Positions 1-8,271 of a DNA stretch of 64,000 bases are shown here, piece after piece (the first letter of the stretch is position 1; each line of letters opens with the position of its first letter). Both the position numbers and the translations under genes were made by a program. The notes under the pieces are model-generated. The model had not been told where the DNA came from. It saw nothing but the letters and a program-made list of their open reading frames with translations, and ran no database searches. This stretch comes from an uncultured Clostridia bacterium. GTDB taxonomy: Bacteria > Bacillota > Clostridia > TANB77 > CAG-508. The stretch covers positions 4,173 to 68,172 of the forward strand of contig CANQXD010000003.1 of assembly GCA_947627755.1 (NCBI GenBank). Reading direction: 5' to 3'.

Positions 1-28
1 CTTTTCCTTCTTCTAAATACCAATTCAT
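1..28 (-). CDS. mcsB: protein arginine kinase McsB, first 9 codons only (gene runs off the window)
   Basis: Reverse complement of 1-28 reads ATG AAT TGG TAT TTA GAA GAA GGA AAA (MNWYLEEGK). It lies downstream of ctsR-mcsA, the conserved Firmicute order. Too short to confirm on sequence alone. Confidence 0.4.
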
Positions 29-95
29 TTTTTATATCTCCTTTGCTTTTTCTTTCACGCGGACACACATTTCATTATATGTCCCACGCTGGATA

Positions 96-698
96 TTATT
101 TATTTTTTAAATTATTGATTTCATCTCTTGTTTTAGCAGCATCCTCATAACGTTCTTCTTTAATTTCTTGTTTTAACCTTGCTTGCAAGGCTTCTATTTT
201 GTCTTCTTTACTTACTTTCTTCTTAGCAGTCACTTTCTTTGTATCTTGTGTATTTTCTGCATTTTCTTGTTTGTTTTCGTTTGCTTTGCTATTTGTTTCT
301 TGTGCCTTGCCTAACATTTTTCCATTTCTTCCTATATGGCGATTAACACCATGAATATTTTTAAGCAAATTATCTATTTTTGTATGGAACGTGTTGTAAC
401 ATTCATCACATCCAAATTTTCCTGTTTGTAAAAATTCATCATAAGTCATATTACACTTGTCACATTTTAACGTTTGTGGCAAAGAAAAAGTTGGCATAAA
501 GGTTTCTAAATTATCCTCAAAGATATCTCCAATTCCTCCTAAAAAGTTTGAAAAATCAATTGGCATAGAAAATGAAGTAACATCAATTCCTAAATTTTTT
601 GCACACTCATCACATAGATTCATTTGCTTTTTTACACCATTTACAATTTGTGTATATTTTACATTGGCTTCTCTTTCATTACAATTTTGACATAACAT
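96..698 (-). CDS. mcsA: protein arginine kinase activator McsA
   Basis: Two zinc-ribbon pairs (CQNC...CDEC, CDKC...CDEC) and a C-terminal UvrB/C-like motif (EERYEDAAKTRDEI). Start moved to the ATG at 698 (MLCQNC), 9 nt after AAGGAG. Downstream of ctsR. Confidence 0.85.
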   Translation of the reverse strand: MLCQNCNEREANVKYTQIVNGVKKQMNLCDECAKNLGIDVTSFSMPIDFSNFLGGIGDIFEDNLETFMPTFSLPQTLKCDKCNMTYDEFLQTGKFGCDECYNTFHTKIDNLLKNIHGVNRHIGRNGKMLGKAQETNSKANENKQENAENTQDTKKVTAKKKVSKEDKIEALQARLKQEIKEERYEDAAKTRDEINNLKNK

Positions 699-744
699 AA
701 AAATCAACTCCTTTTTATTTTAATTTAAAACCCCGCCCTAAATT

Positions 745-838
745 GTCCCATTTGTCGCAATTGGGGACTGAGCTCAGCATAAGTTATCCGTAATTCGCTT
801 TGCTTCATACGGCTAACTCATCCCTAATTGTGACAAAA
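745..838. repeat. nested inverted-repeat element filling the ctsR-mcsA spacer
   Basis: Arms 751-767 (tttgtcgcaattgggga) and 821-837 (tccctaattgtgacaaa) are 15/17 complementary. Inner stem 782-792 / 808-818 is 10/11. Palindrome ctgagctcag at 768-777. Visibly GC-richer than its flanks. Confidence 0.7.
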
Positions 839-840
839 CA

Positions 841-1287
841 TTACTCAATTAAGTTTATTAGCATATTTTTAAATATCTTTGCTCTTATTTCATCTCTTGT
901 TGGTTGAGGAATTCTTAAAACATTGTCACTTGTTGCTACCTTTAATAGTTTTGCTTCTGTTTCATTTATCATTTGATATGATAAGAAATTACTAATAAAA
1001 ATATCTACTTCTTGACTTGTTAAGCTATCTTCTATACTATTGATAATATGCATAAAGTAATTGCTTTTTGTAATATTTATTTTTCGAATTTTTATATGAC
1101 CTCCACCGCCACGCTTACTTTCAACATAGTAACCTTGGGATGGTTTGAAACGAGTTGCTATGACATAGTTTATTTGAGATGGTACACAATTAAACTGCTC
1201 TGCTAAGTCATTTCTTTGTATTTCAATTGAATCTTCTTCCTCAAATAAGTCTTTTATGAATTCTTCTATCATATCAGATATTCTCAT
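841..1287 (-). CDS. ctsR: class III stress-gene repressor CtsR
   Basis: 148 aa with the HTH region QFNCVPSQINYVIATRF and the glycine loop ESKRGGGGHIKI typical of CtsR. Followed by mcsA. Confidence 0.95.
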   Translation of the reverse strand: MRISDMIEEFIKDLFEEEDSIEIQRNDLAEQFNCVPSQINYVIATRFKPSQGYYVESKRGGGGHIKIRKINITKSNYFMHIINSIEDSLTSQEVDIFISNFLSYQMINETEAKLLKVATSDNVLRIPQPTRDEIRAKIFKNMLINLIE

Positions 1288-1315
1288 TTAATCACCTTCT
1301 TATTACTTTTCATTT

Positions 1316-1358
1316 TTTGACTTTGACTTTCTTTGACCTATAATTATATTATAATATC
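1316..1358 (-). promoter_or_regulatory. CtsR operator (tandem heptad repeats) overlapping a sigma-A-like -10
   Basis: Minus strand reads TATAAT...GGTCAAAGAAAGTCAAAGTCAAAAAA, matching the CtsR box (A/G)GTCAAAnAn(A/G)GTCAAA. It lies about 30-70 nt upstream of the ctsR ATG. Confidence 0.8.
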
Positions 1359-1395
1359 TTTTTTTAATATGTCAATACCTTTTCTAATTTTTTAT

Positions 1396-1608
1396 TTATT
1401 TTTCCTTTTCTTTTGTCATTTCTTCTAACTTTTTTGCATTTTCCTTTTGCTTATCTAAAGTTATCCATGCAAAATAGGAAGAAACAAATTCTCCATATTT
1501 TGTCGCATCTTCTTTTTCTTCTATTTGGTGCTTTATATTTTTTTTATTTTCATACGTATTTTTGCTCACAAAAAATGCACTCCCCTCATTTTTGTTTAGT
1601 TTGTGCAT
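1396..1608 (-). CDS. hypothetical small protein (70 aa)
   Basis: Open frame only; Lys/Glu-rich with no recognisable motif. It fits the gap between the HAD gene and ctsR. Confidence 0.3.
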   Translation of the reverse strand: MHKLNKNEGSAFFVSKNTYENKKNIKHQIEEKEDATKYGEFVSSYFAWITLDKQKENAKKLEEMTKEKEK

Positions 1609-1667
1609 TTTTTTCGTTTTTATCCATTTTATAAAAATGAATTTTTAATTTATCATCATTTATTTTC

Positions 1668-2543
1668 TTATTCTATAACATACTTTTCTATTGCTTCTGC
1701 TACGCCATCGTTGTCGTTGTCTGAAACTACTATATCTGCCATTTCTTTGATATATGGTGCACTATTTCCCATCATAATACCAAGTCCTGATTTTTTTACC
1801 ATTTCAGCATCATTGATGTTGTCTCCAATTGCCATTATTTCTTCTTGCTTTATTTCTAACTTTTTTGCTAAGTTTTCTACTGCCTGCCATTTATCTACAT
1901 TTGTACTTGTTATTTCTGTATAATAATATTGCATTGAAATTCTATCTGTTCCGTCTTTTATCATTTTCCTAGACATGTGTTCTACGTCTAATACATCTAC
2001 ATCTTTTATATTGCGCAATTTACGAATAATGCTACCAAATACTACTTTATCATTGTCGCAAATTGTTATTTTTAAATAGTCTTCTTCTTTTCTATTTTTT
2101 ACATATTCTTCTATATTTTGTACTATTGTAATTCTTGTTTTTTTATCTTCTGGTTTGCTTGCATTTTCTTGATGATAAAAAAGAACATTGAAATTTAAAT
2201 TTTTGGCTAAAATAGTATCTTTTGTATATACATTATAAAAAATGCTATTTTCTTCACAAATTTTTATAATTTGTAATACTTTTGCTTTTTCTAAAAATCG
2301 ATTGTATATAATTTGTTCATTTTGTATATCATAAGTGATAGCTCCATTTCCACAAATCATGTAATGATTACATCCAATTTCATTTGCTAAATTTTTTACA
2401 GACATGATTGGTCTTCCGGAAGCAAGTACTATTTCTACATTTTTTTGAACTGCTTTTTGAATTGCTTCTCTATTTTTGCTTGAAACTTCTCCATACGAAT
2501 TTAACAATGTTCCATCTAAATCTATTGCAACTAATTTGTACAT
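1668..2543 (-). CDS. Cof-type HAD-IIB phosphatase
   Basis: N-terminal HAD motif I (VAIDLDGTLLNS), SGRP motif (VLASGRP) and C-terminal GDNINDAEM. The 291-aa length is typical of the Cof subfamily. Confidence 0.85.
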   Translation of the reverse strand: MYKLVAIDLDGTLLNSYGEVSSKNREAIQKAVQKNVEIVLASGRPIMSVKNLANEIGCNHYMICGNGAITYDIQNEQIIYNRFLEKAKVLQIIKICEENSIFYNVYTKDTILAKNLNFNVLFYHQENASKPEDKKTRITIVQNIEEYVKNRKEEDYLKITICDNDKVVFGSIIRKLRNIKDVDVLDVEHMSRKMIKDGTDRISMQYYYTEITSTNVDKWQAVENLAKKLEIKQEEIMAIGDNINDAEMVKKSGLGIMMGNSAPYIKEMADIVVSDNDNDGVAEAIEKYVIE

Positions 2544-2675
2544 ATTAAATTACATTCCTTCCTCAATTGCTTAAAAGATATAACTAATAATTAAAATCCT
2601 TTTATTCATTATTTATTTCCTTTTATGCGTTCTCTTTAGTATTGTATCATTTCTCTTTTTTTTATACAATATTTT

Positions 2676-2710
2676 TCAAAAAAGAAATCCCACATATAAA
2701 ATATGTGGGA
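2676..2710 (-). terminator. rho-independent terminator
   Basis: Perfect 10-bp stem tcccacatat / atatgtggga (2688-2697 / 2701-2710). On the minus strand it is followed by TTTCTTTTTT, just after the stop of the 2723-2902 ORF. Confidence 0.75.
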
Positions 2711-2722
2711 TAAAGAAACTTT

Positions 2723-2902
2723 CTATTTTGATAGTTCTCTAATTTTTTTTCGCATTTTATATGCTACTATAAAATTTGAGCACCGAATGCACATACCATC
2801 TATTTTGGGGTTATACATTGCTTTGCATTGATGCTTATGCGCATAATCAATCAAATCAAATTGTTTCTTTTTGTCTTTAATAGATACTGCTGATATGTCC
2901 AT
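2723..2902 (-). CDS. unannotated small protein, 59 aa, His/Cys-containing
   Basis: Not in the ORF track (<60 aa). My translation: MDISAVSIKDKKKQFDLIDYAHKHQCKAMYNPKIDGMCIRCSNFIVAYKMRKKIRELSK. RBS AAAGGGG lies 8 nt before the ATG and its own terminator follows. Confidence 0.45.
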   Translation of the reverse strand: MDISAVSIKDKKKQFDLIDYAHKHQCKAMYNPKIDGMCIRCSNFIVAYKMRKKIRELSK

Positions 2903-2993
2903 ATTGTGCGCCCCTTTCTATTAAATTATAAATTAATTATATTTTTATTATACTACATTTTTCATCATTTTTCTACATTTTTCATTTTTTTAC

Positions 2994-3024
2994 CAGTTTA
3001 TTTTTATTTTTTTTACATATTCTA
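2994..3024 (+). promoter_or_regulatory. candidate forespore (sigma-G/F-type) promoter of SASP gene 1
   Basis: GTTTA, about 17-18 nt, then CATATTCTA resembles sigma-G (-35 GnATA, -10 CATnnTA). The same block is duplicated upstream of the second SASP gene. Confidence 0.4.
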
Positions 3025-3089
3025 AATACTGAAAAACATATTTTGTTTTTCTATATAATACGAAATTCACATTCTAGGAGGTGAAAAAG

Positions 3090-3290
3090 ATGACAAATTC
3101 AAATTCAAAAGTAGTTCCAGAAGCTAGAGAAGCTCTTAACAAATTCAAATATGAAGTTGCTTCAGAAGTTGGTGTAACTTTAAAAGACGGATATAACGGA
3201 GATTTATCTTCAAGAGACGCTGGTAGAATCGGTGGAAACATGGTTAGAAAATTAATCGAAACAGCTGAAAAACAAATGGCTAACAAATAG
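3090..3290 (+). CDS. alpha/beta-type small acid-soluble spore protein
   Basis: MTNSNSKVVPEAREALNKFKYEVASEVGV...GGNMVRKLIE is a classic alpha/beta SASP sequence. Start set at the ATG at 3090, 8 nt after AGGAGG, rather than the track's GTG at 3081. Confidence 0.95.
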   Translation: MTNSNSKVVPEAREALNKFKYEVASEVGVTLKDGYNGDLSSRDAGRIGGNMVRKLIETAEKQMANK

Positions 3291-3350
3291 TGATTTTTAA
3301 AATAAAATAGTAGAAAAACAGGAATTTCTTTTTTGCCTTTCTACATAGTG

Positions 3351-3377
3351 AAAGACAGGAAACAAGTTCCTGTCTTT
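3351..3377 (+). terminator. rho-independent terminator after SASP gene 1
   Basis: Stem aaagacagga / ttcctgtcttt with a 6-nt loop, followed by a T-rich stretch. Confidence 0.7.
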
Positions 3378-3463
3378 CTGTTTGTGTTATTCGATAGAAA
3401 TCTCCTTATCGTTAAAATTTAAGATAAGAGAAGAAATGCCAAGTTTTTTTGATAAATTTACCA

Positions 3464-3492
3464 GTTTATTTTTATTGTTTTTGCACATTCTA
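3464..3492 (+). promoter_or_regulatory. candidate forespore (sigma-G/F-type) promoter of SASP gene 2
   Basis: GTTTA, 17-18 nt, then CATTCTA. It sits in the conserved block taccagtttatttttatt...acattcta shared with the first copy. Confidence 0.45.
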
Positions 3493-3548
3493 TATAGTGA
3501 AAATAAATTTTACATTTTCAAATTTTAAATTTTCAGGAGGTGAAAAAA

Positions 3549-3743
3549 ATGACAAATTCAAATTCAAAAGTAGTTCCAGAAGCTAGAGAAGCTCTTAACA
3601 AATTCAAATATGAAGTTGCTTCAGAAGTTGGTGTAACTTTAAAAGACGGATACAATGGAAATTTATCTTCAAGAGATGCTGGTAGAATTGGTGGAAACAT
3701 GGTTAGAAAATTAATCCAACAAGCTGAAAGCCAAATGAAATAA
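3549..3743 (+). CDS. alpha/beta-type small acid-soluble spore protein (paralog)
   Basis: Protein is identical to copy 1 over the first 37 residues from the shared MTNSNS start, then differs at one position (N for D) and in the last ~9 residues. ATG at 3549 after AGGAGG. Confidence 0.95.
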   Translation: MTNSNSKVVPEAREALNKFKYEVASEVGVTLKDGYNGNLSSRDAGRIGGNMVRKLIQQAESQMK

Positions 3744-3764
3744 GTTTAAATTGTTTTGAAACAA

Positions 3765-3797
3765 AAAGCAGATGATTTTATTCACCTGCTTTTTTCT
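3765..3797. terminator. bidirectional terminator between SASP gene 2 and hpf
   Basis: Stem agcagatga / tcacctgct with one mismatch, flanked by an A-run upstream and a T-run downstream. Confidence 0.65.
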
Positions 3798-4333
3798 TAT
3801 GCTTCTGGTTCTACTAAACCATAGTTTTTGCCGTCTTTTAAACGATAAATTACATTTACTTTTTGGGTTTCTATATTGATAAATACTAAGAAATTATTTT
3901 TTGGTTTGTCTTGTAATTCTAATTTTGCATCTTCTGGTGCCATTGGTTTTATTTCATAGTAAATTGTTTTTATAATTTCATTTTCAATTTCATGTTCTGC
4001 ACCATTTTCTGAAACTGCTTCTTTCATACGAATAGATTCTGTCATATTTTGCTTATCTTTTTTTGTTTTCATTTTACGAATTTGACCTTCTAAAATGTCG
4101 ATGTCTTTATCTATTGAAGCATATAAGTCTCTATGTGCAGTTACTGCTCTAAAAGTTTCTGAATTTGCTGTTACATGTAATTCTGCTACTTGCTCTTTGC
4201 CTTCTGTTTTAATTGTTGCTAAAACATCAAACTCCTCTCCAAAATATTTTACTAATCTTTCTAATTTTCTTTCGATATAGTCTTTAATTGCCTCTGTTGC
4301 TTCTAAATCTTTTCCTGTAATTTTTATGTTCAT
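3797..4333 (-). CDS. hpf: ribosome hibernation promoting factor, long form
   Basis: MNIKITGKDLEATEAIKDYIERKLERL... is an S30AE/HPF N-domain, followed by a C-terminal dimerisation domain (IIKTIYYEIKPMAPEDA). Start moved to the ATG at 4333 with RBS GAAAGGAG. Confidence 0.9.
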   Translation of the reverse strand: MNIKITGKDLEATEAIKDYIERKLERLVKYFGEEFDVLATIKTEGKEQVAELHVTANSETFRAVTAHRDLYASIDKDIDILEGQIRKMKTKKDKQNMTESIRMKEAVSENGAEHEIENEIIKTIYYEIKPMAPEDAKLELQDKPKNNFLVFINIETQKVNVIYRLKDGKNYGLVEPEA

Positions 4334-4581
4334 AAAAATCGCTCCTTTCATTTTTGTTCTTTTGTTTTCTAATGTACTTTTATTATACATTGTTTCTTTT
4401 ATTTTTTCAAACATTTTCCTAATTTTTCCTAAATTTATTTAATTTTTTTATATTTTTACCTTTGTTATAATTTTTTTTCGATTTTTACAAATTTTTGTTA
4501 ACTTTTCTTTCAATTCTCTTGCCAAAACTAGATTTTTATGATAAAATTTTATTTGCTATATATGAGGGAGGTGCAAAATAA

Positions 4582-4848
4582 ATGCCAAATATTAAATCAG
4601 CTATTAAACGTGTAGATGTTATTGAAAAGAAAACATTACAAAATAATATGGTAAAATCAGCTTATAAAACTGCTGTTAAAAAATTTGAACAAGCTGTTGC
4701 AGAAGGAAATGTAGAAGAAGCTACTACTTTATTTTCTAACGCTACTAAAAAAGTAGATCAAGCTTGCACAAAAGGTGTTATTGTTAAAAACACAGCAGCT
4801 AGAAAAAAATCTAATATGGCTAAAAAATTAAATGCTATGAAAGCATAA
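4582..4848 (+). CDS. rpsT: 30S ribosomal protein S20
   Basis: [22 protein letters not shown]... is a typical S20 N-terminus. 88 aa, with RBS GGGAGG upstream. Confidence 0.95.
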   Translation: MPNIKSAIKRVDVIEKKTLQNNMVKSAYKTAVKKFEQAVAEGNVEEATTLFSNATKKVDQACTKGVIVKNTAARKKSNMAKKLNAMKA

Positions 4849-4920
4849 ATATAAAAAATTGTGCACAGTTTTTTATATTGTAGAAATTTTCAAGCAATAG
4901 CGAAGAAAAGCTCTATATAA

Positions 4921-4960
4921 AAAAACGTATTTATTGTCAAAAATAAGTACGTTTTTTCTT
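4921..4960 (+). terminator. rho-independent terminator of rpsT
   Basis: Stem aaaaacgtatttatt / aataagtacgttttt with one mismatch, then TTTTTTCTTTTTTT. Confidence 0.7.
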
Positions 4961-5010
4961 TTTTTACTTTATTTTGTAAGCTTTTGTCTATATTTTGTTT
5001 CTGTAAACTC

Positions 5011-5039
5011 TTTACATTTAATGGAAAATGTTGTATAAT
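5011..5039 (+). promoter_or_regulatory. sigma-A-like promoter of the small ORF at 5072
   Basis: TTTACA (5011-5016), 17-nt spacer, TATAAT (5034-5039). Confidence 0.55.
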
Positions 5040-5071
5040 AATTCTTATATTATATAAGGAGGTATAACCCG

Positions 5072-5248
5072 ATGCAGCAGGATGTAATGAATATCCAAGA
5101 AGCTCGGAGTTTTGTAGGGAAAAATGGTCCTCAATATGTTAAACTTTATGCAACAGAAGAGGAAAAACGTCGTTTTGAAGGTATCCTATACTATCAAGGG
5201 AAACCCAATAAATCCCTCATTACTAAACTTGCTTCTCCTACCAATTGA
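5072..5248 (+). CDS. orphan small protein, 58 aa, GC-richer than its surroundings
   Basis: Not in the ORF track. My translation: MQQDVMNIQEARSFVGKNGPQYVKLYATEEEKRRFEGILYYQGKPNKSLITKLASPTN. RBS AAGGAGG before the ATG; own promoter and terminator. No family recognised. Confidence 0.5.
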   Translation: MQQDVMNIQEARSFVGKNGPQYVKLYATEEEKRRFEGILYYQGKPNKSLITKLASPTN

Positions 5249-5265
5249 AATAATTGGCAGGCTAA

Positions 5266-5306
5266 GAAAAAGCCAGAATACTTAATAATTTAAGTTCTGG
5301 CTTTTT
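5266..5306 (+). terminator. rho-independent terminator
   Basis: Stem agccagaa...ttctggct (5271-5278 / 5295-5302), followed by TTTTTCTTT. Confidence 0.75.
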
Positions 5307-5356
5307 CTTTGTCCTTTTCAATAATTCTAAAAGTATATTTCAGAAAAATAAAAAGA

Positions 5357-6031
5357 TTAAGTTCTACTACCTAAGTTTTGAATGAATTGTACGATGGCAT
5401 TCCAAATTCCTTGTAATATATTGCTAAGAATATCTACAATTGTTTTTACAATAGTATTTCCTTCATAAAATTCTATTATCCAACGATGCGTTGGTGGAAA
5501 GAACCAAAGAATAGCAATGATTATAGCTAAAATAAGAATAACTTTTAATAAATCTATCACTCGTTTTAATGTCCAAGGCTCTTTTATTTTAAATCCAAGT
5601 CTTCTTAAATAAGTGTAATAAGCATCATGATATGCTTTATTCATTTCATTTTGGATTTTTTGTCTGTTTTCGTATTCCATTTGTGTTCTTCTATTTTCAT
5701 AGTCTATTTGTTCTTGACTTGCTTGATATTCTAATGGTGATTGTATGTTTTGATTTTCTTTTTGCATATTATTTTCATATTGTTGTGCATTTATTTGTTT
5801 TTCTTCTTGTTTTGTTTGTTCTAATTCTATATCATATTGTTTTCTTTTTTCCTCGTTGCTTAAAATATCATAAGCTTCGTTAATTTGCTTCATCTTTCTT
5901 TCTGCTTCTTGTTTTTGTGATTCTTCTTGCAAATCTGGATGATACTTTTTAGCTAATACTCGATATGCTTTTTCAATTACTTCTTTTGAGGCTTTCTCAC
6001 TAACCTCTAATATTTCATATAAATTGGCCAT
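5357..6031 (-). CDS. J-domain (DnaJ-like) membrane-anchored protein
   Basis: N-terminal J domain ([32 protein letters not shown]...[18 protein letters not shown]), a Gln/Glu-rich linker and a C-terminal hydrophobic segment ([15 protein letters not shown]). Confidence 0.85.
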   Translation of the reverse strand: MANLYEILEVSEKASKEVIEKAYRVLAKKYHPDLQEESQKQEAERKMKQINEAYDILSNEEKRKQYDIELEQTKQEEKQINAQQYENNMQKENQNIQSPLEYQASQEQIDYENRRTQMEYENRQKIQNEMNKAYHDAYYTYLRRLGFKIKEPWTLKRVIDLLKVILILAIIIAILWFFPPTHRWIIEFYEGNTIVKTIVDILSNILQGIWNAIVQFIQNLGSRT

Positions 6032-6176
6032 AGTTTTCCCTTCTTTTTTAAATTATATCATGAAAATATGCAAAAACATAGTTTTTTTTGAAAAAATATG
6101 TTATAATACCAACTATCAGAAAAATATTATATTTTTTTGACATACTATTAAAAATAGTCATTTATTTTTTAGAGGA

Positions 6177-6725
6177 GTGAGACTTTTGAAATTAACTTCT
6201 GATGATGAGACTTTAGCTGAAAATAAAGTATTAATTTTATATATTTTGAGTAAAGTAGCAAAGCCTATTTCTAATCATGCTTTGCTTAATTTGGTACTTA
6301 CTATTACTGATATGAATTATTTTTATTTTCAACAATTTTTGTTGGATTTATTAGAAAATGGTTATATTTCTCAATTTGAAAAAGATGGTCATAATTTCTA
6401 TGAAATGACAAGTAGTGGAAAGGAAACTTTAGAACTTACTAAAAATATAGTTCCAGGTATTATAAAATTAAAGGTAGATAACAGTTTTAAAAAAGAGCTA
6501 GAAACTTTTGAAAATGAACATTCTATCGTTGCTGAATATACCCCTCGTAGTGAGAATTACTTTGATATTTCTTGCAAAATTGTAGAGCATAATGAAACTA
6601 TTTTTGAAGTAAATACTTTTGTTGGCTCTAAAGAGCAAGCAAAGGAAATTGTAGATAATTGGCAAAATAATGCTGAGGAAATTTATCCTGCTATTTTGAA
6701 AGTTTTAACAAAAAGTAAAAAATAA
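6177..6725 (+). CDS. DUF4364-family protein (putative winged-helix regulator)
   Basis: The N-terminus LAENKVLILYILSKVAKPISNHALLNLVL...YFYFQQFLLDLLENGYIS matches my recollection of clostridial DUF4364 proteins. Start ambiguous (GTG 6177 or TTG 6186). Confidence 0.65.
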   Translation: MRLLKLTSDDETLAENKVLILYILSKVAKPISNHALLNLVLTITDMNYFYFQQFLLDLLENGYISQFEKDGHNFYEMTSSGKETLELTKNIVPGIIKLKVDNSFKKELETFENEHSIVAEYTPRSENYFDISCKIVEHNETIFEVNTFVGSKEQAKEIVDNWQNNAEEIYPAILKVLTKSKK

Positions 6726-6740
6726 ATTTTGGAAAGCAAA

Positions 6741-6767
6741 AAGAAAGATTTGTCCCAAATCTTTCTT
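6741..6767. terminator. bidirectional terminator (DUF4364 gene / proS)
   Basis: 11-bp stem aagaaagattt / aaatctttctt with loop gtccc, flanked by A-run and T-run. Confidence 0.75.
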
Positions 6768-6773
6768 TTTTTC

Positions 6774-8213
6774 TTAATATTGTCTTCCCCAAATTACCAT
6801 TTTATCTGCTTTTTTACCACAGCATACACAAGTGTCTGATATTTTTTCTTGCTCAAATGGAATGCATCTTGAATGTGCACCTGTTGCTTCTTTTATTTTG
6901 TTTTCACATTCTTCATCTCCACACCACATAGTTTTTACATAACCTTGGTTTTCATTGATATTTTTAATAAATTCTTCTAATGTTGTTGCTGTTGTTGTTT
7001 TTGAAATTGCTCTTTGCTTACATTCATTATACATATTGCTTTGAATATCATCTAAAATTTTCTGTAATTTTGTAGGCAATTCTTGTAAATCTACTTCTAT
7101 TTTTTCCGCTGTGTCACGCCTTACTACTACGCATTTATTTGCTTCTATATCACGTGGACCAAGTTCAATTCTAACTGGTACACCTCTTAGTTCCCAATCG
7201 TTAAATTTAAAACCTGGCGATACTTGATCTCTTGTGTCTATTTCTATATGATAGTTGTCTTTTAATCTTTCATATAGTTCCTGCGCTTTTTCTTTTACTC
7301 CTTCTTTGTGCATAGCAACTGGTACAATAACTGCTTGAATTGGTGCTACTTTTGGTGGTAATTTTAAGCCTCTATTATCGCCATGTGCCATAATAACTGC
7401 ACCTATTAGCCTTGTGCTAATACCCCATGAAGTTTGATATGGGTATTCTTCTTTTCCTTCACGATTTTGAAATGTTATATTAAATGGTTTTGTAAAGTTT
7501 TGTCCAAAATAGTGTGATGTTCCTGCTTGAAGTGCTCTTCCATCATGCATTAAAGTTTCTACTGTGTATGTTGCTTCTGCTCCTGCAAATTGCTCTTTTG
7601 GTGTTTTTCTTCCTTTTAGCACTGGAATAGCAAGTAAGTTCTCTATAATATCGGCATACACGTCTAACATTTGAAGTGTTCTTTCCTTTGCTTCTTGCTC
7701 TGTTTCATGAATGGTATGACCTTCTTGCCATAAAAATTCTCTTGAACGTAAAAATGGTCTTGTTTCTTTTTCCCATCTTAACACATTACACCATTGATTA
7801 TAAACAAATGGTAAATCTCTCCATGATTTTAGCCATTTTGCATATAAGGTTGAAAACATTGTTTCTGAAGTTGGTCTAATACATAGTTTTTCATCTAATT
7901 CTTCTTGCCCACCAATTGTTACCCATGCTACTTCTGGTGCAAAACCTTCTACATGGTCTTTTTCTTTTTCTAGTAAGCTTTCTGGTATTAGCACTGGGAA
8001 ATATACGTTTTTTACTCCTACTTGTTTAAATTTTTCATCTGCGTATTTTTGAATATTCTCCCAAATTGCATAACCATAAGGCTTTATGGCTATGCAACCT
8101 TTTGTATCTGTATAGTCTGCTAAGTCTGCTTTTAGTACAATGTCAGTGTACCATTTTGCAAAGTCTTCTTCTATATTGGTTATTTCTTTTACGAAATCTT
8201 TTTCATTACTCAT
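6774..8213 (-). CDS. proS: proline--tRNA ligase (archaeal/eukaryote-like class IIa form)
   Basis: 479 aa. N-terminus [17 protein letters not shown]...[13 protein letters not shown], and a C-terminal zinc-binding domain ([12 protein letters not shown]...CIPF...CVCCGKKA...WGRQY). Confidence 0.95.
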   Translation of the reverse strand: MSNEKDFVKEITNIEEDFAKWYTDIVLKADLADYTDTKGCIAIKPYGYAIWENIQKYADEKFKQVGVKNVYFPVLIPESLLEKEKDHVEGFAPEVAWVTIGGQEELDEKLCIRPTSETMFSTLYAKWLKSWRDLPFVYNQWCNVLRWEKETRPFLRSREFLWQEGHTIHETEQEAKERTLQMLDVYADIIENLLAIPVLKGRKTPKEQFAGAEATYTVETLMHDGRALQAGTSHYFGQNFTKPFNITFQNREGKEEYPYQTSWGISTRLIGAVIMAHGDNRGLKLPPKVAPIQAVIVPVAMHKEGVKEKAQELYERLKDNYHIEIDTRDQVSPGFKFNDWELRGVPVRIELGPRDIEANKCVVVRRDTAEKIEVDLQELPTKLQKILDDIQSNMYNECKQRAISKTTTATTLEEFIKNINENQGYVKTMWCGDEECENKIKEATGAHSRCIPFEQEKISDTCVCCGKKADKMVIWGRQY

Positions 8214-8271
8214 TTTCTTTTATCTCCCCTTTTTGTTCTTGTTGTTCTCTTTGTTTTTATAGCTTTTTCTT

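Noticed and set aside
457-690. Antisense or out-of-frame track ORFs inside well-supported genes. Examples: 457-690, 1413-1634, 1603-1923, 3074-3286, 4095-4280, 5632-5883, 7676-7879, 8066-8764, 11635-11886, 36514-36820, 46140-46448 and many others.
   Set aside because: They overlap genes with clear family signatures on the other strand or frame. Their products are low-complexity Phe/Leu/Ile/Ser-rich, as expected from translating AT-rich antisense sequence, and they lack RBSs.
5040-5310. Whether the GC-richer islands at ~5.0-5.3 kb and ~50.4-50.7 kb are known housekeeping RNAs (6S, SRP/4.5S, tmRNA, RNase P)
   Set aside because: None of the signature motifs was found: no GGGG...tmRNA 5' end, no GAGGAAAGUCC of RNase P, no SRP domain IV GGAA/AGCA symmetric loop context, and no 6S-like long end-to-end pairing. 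They are kept as an orphan ORF and an unclassified sRNA candidate instead.
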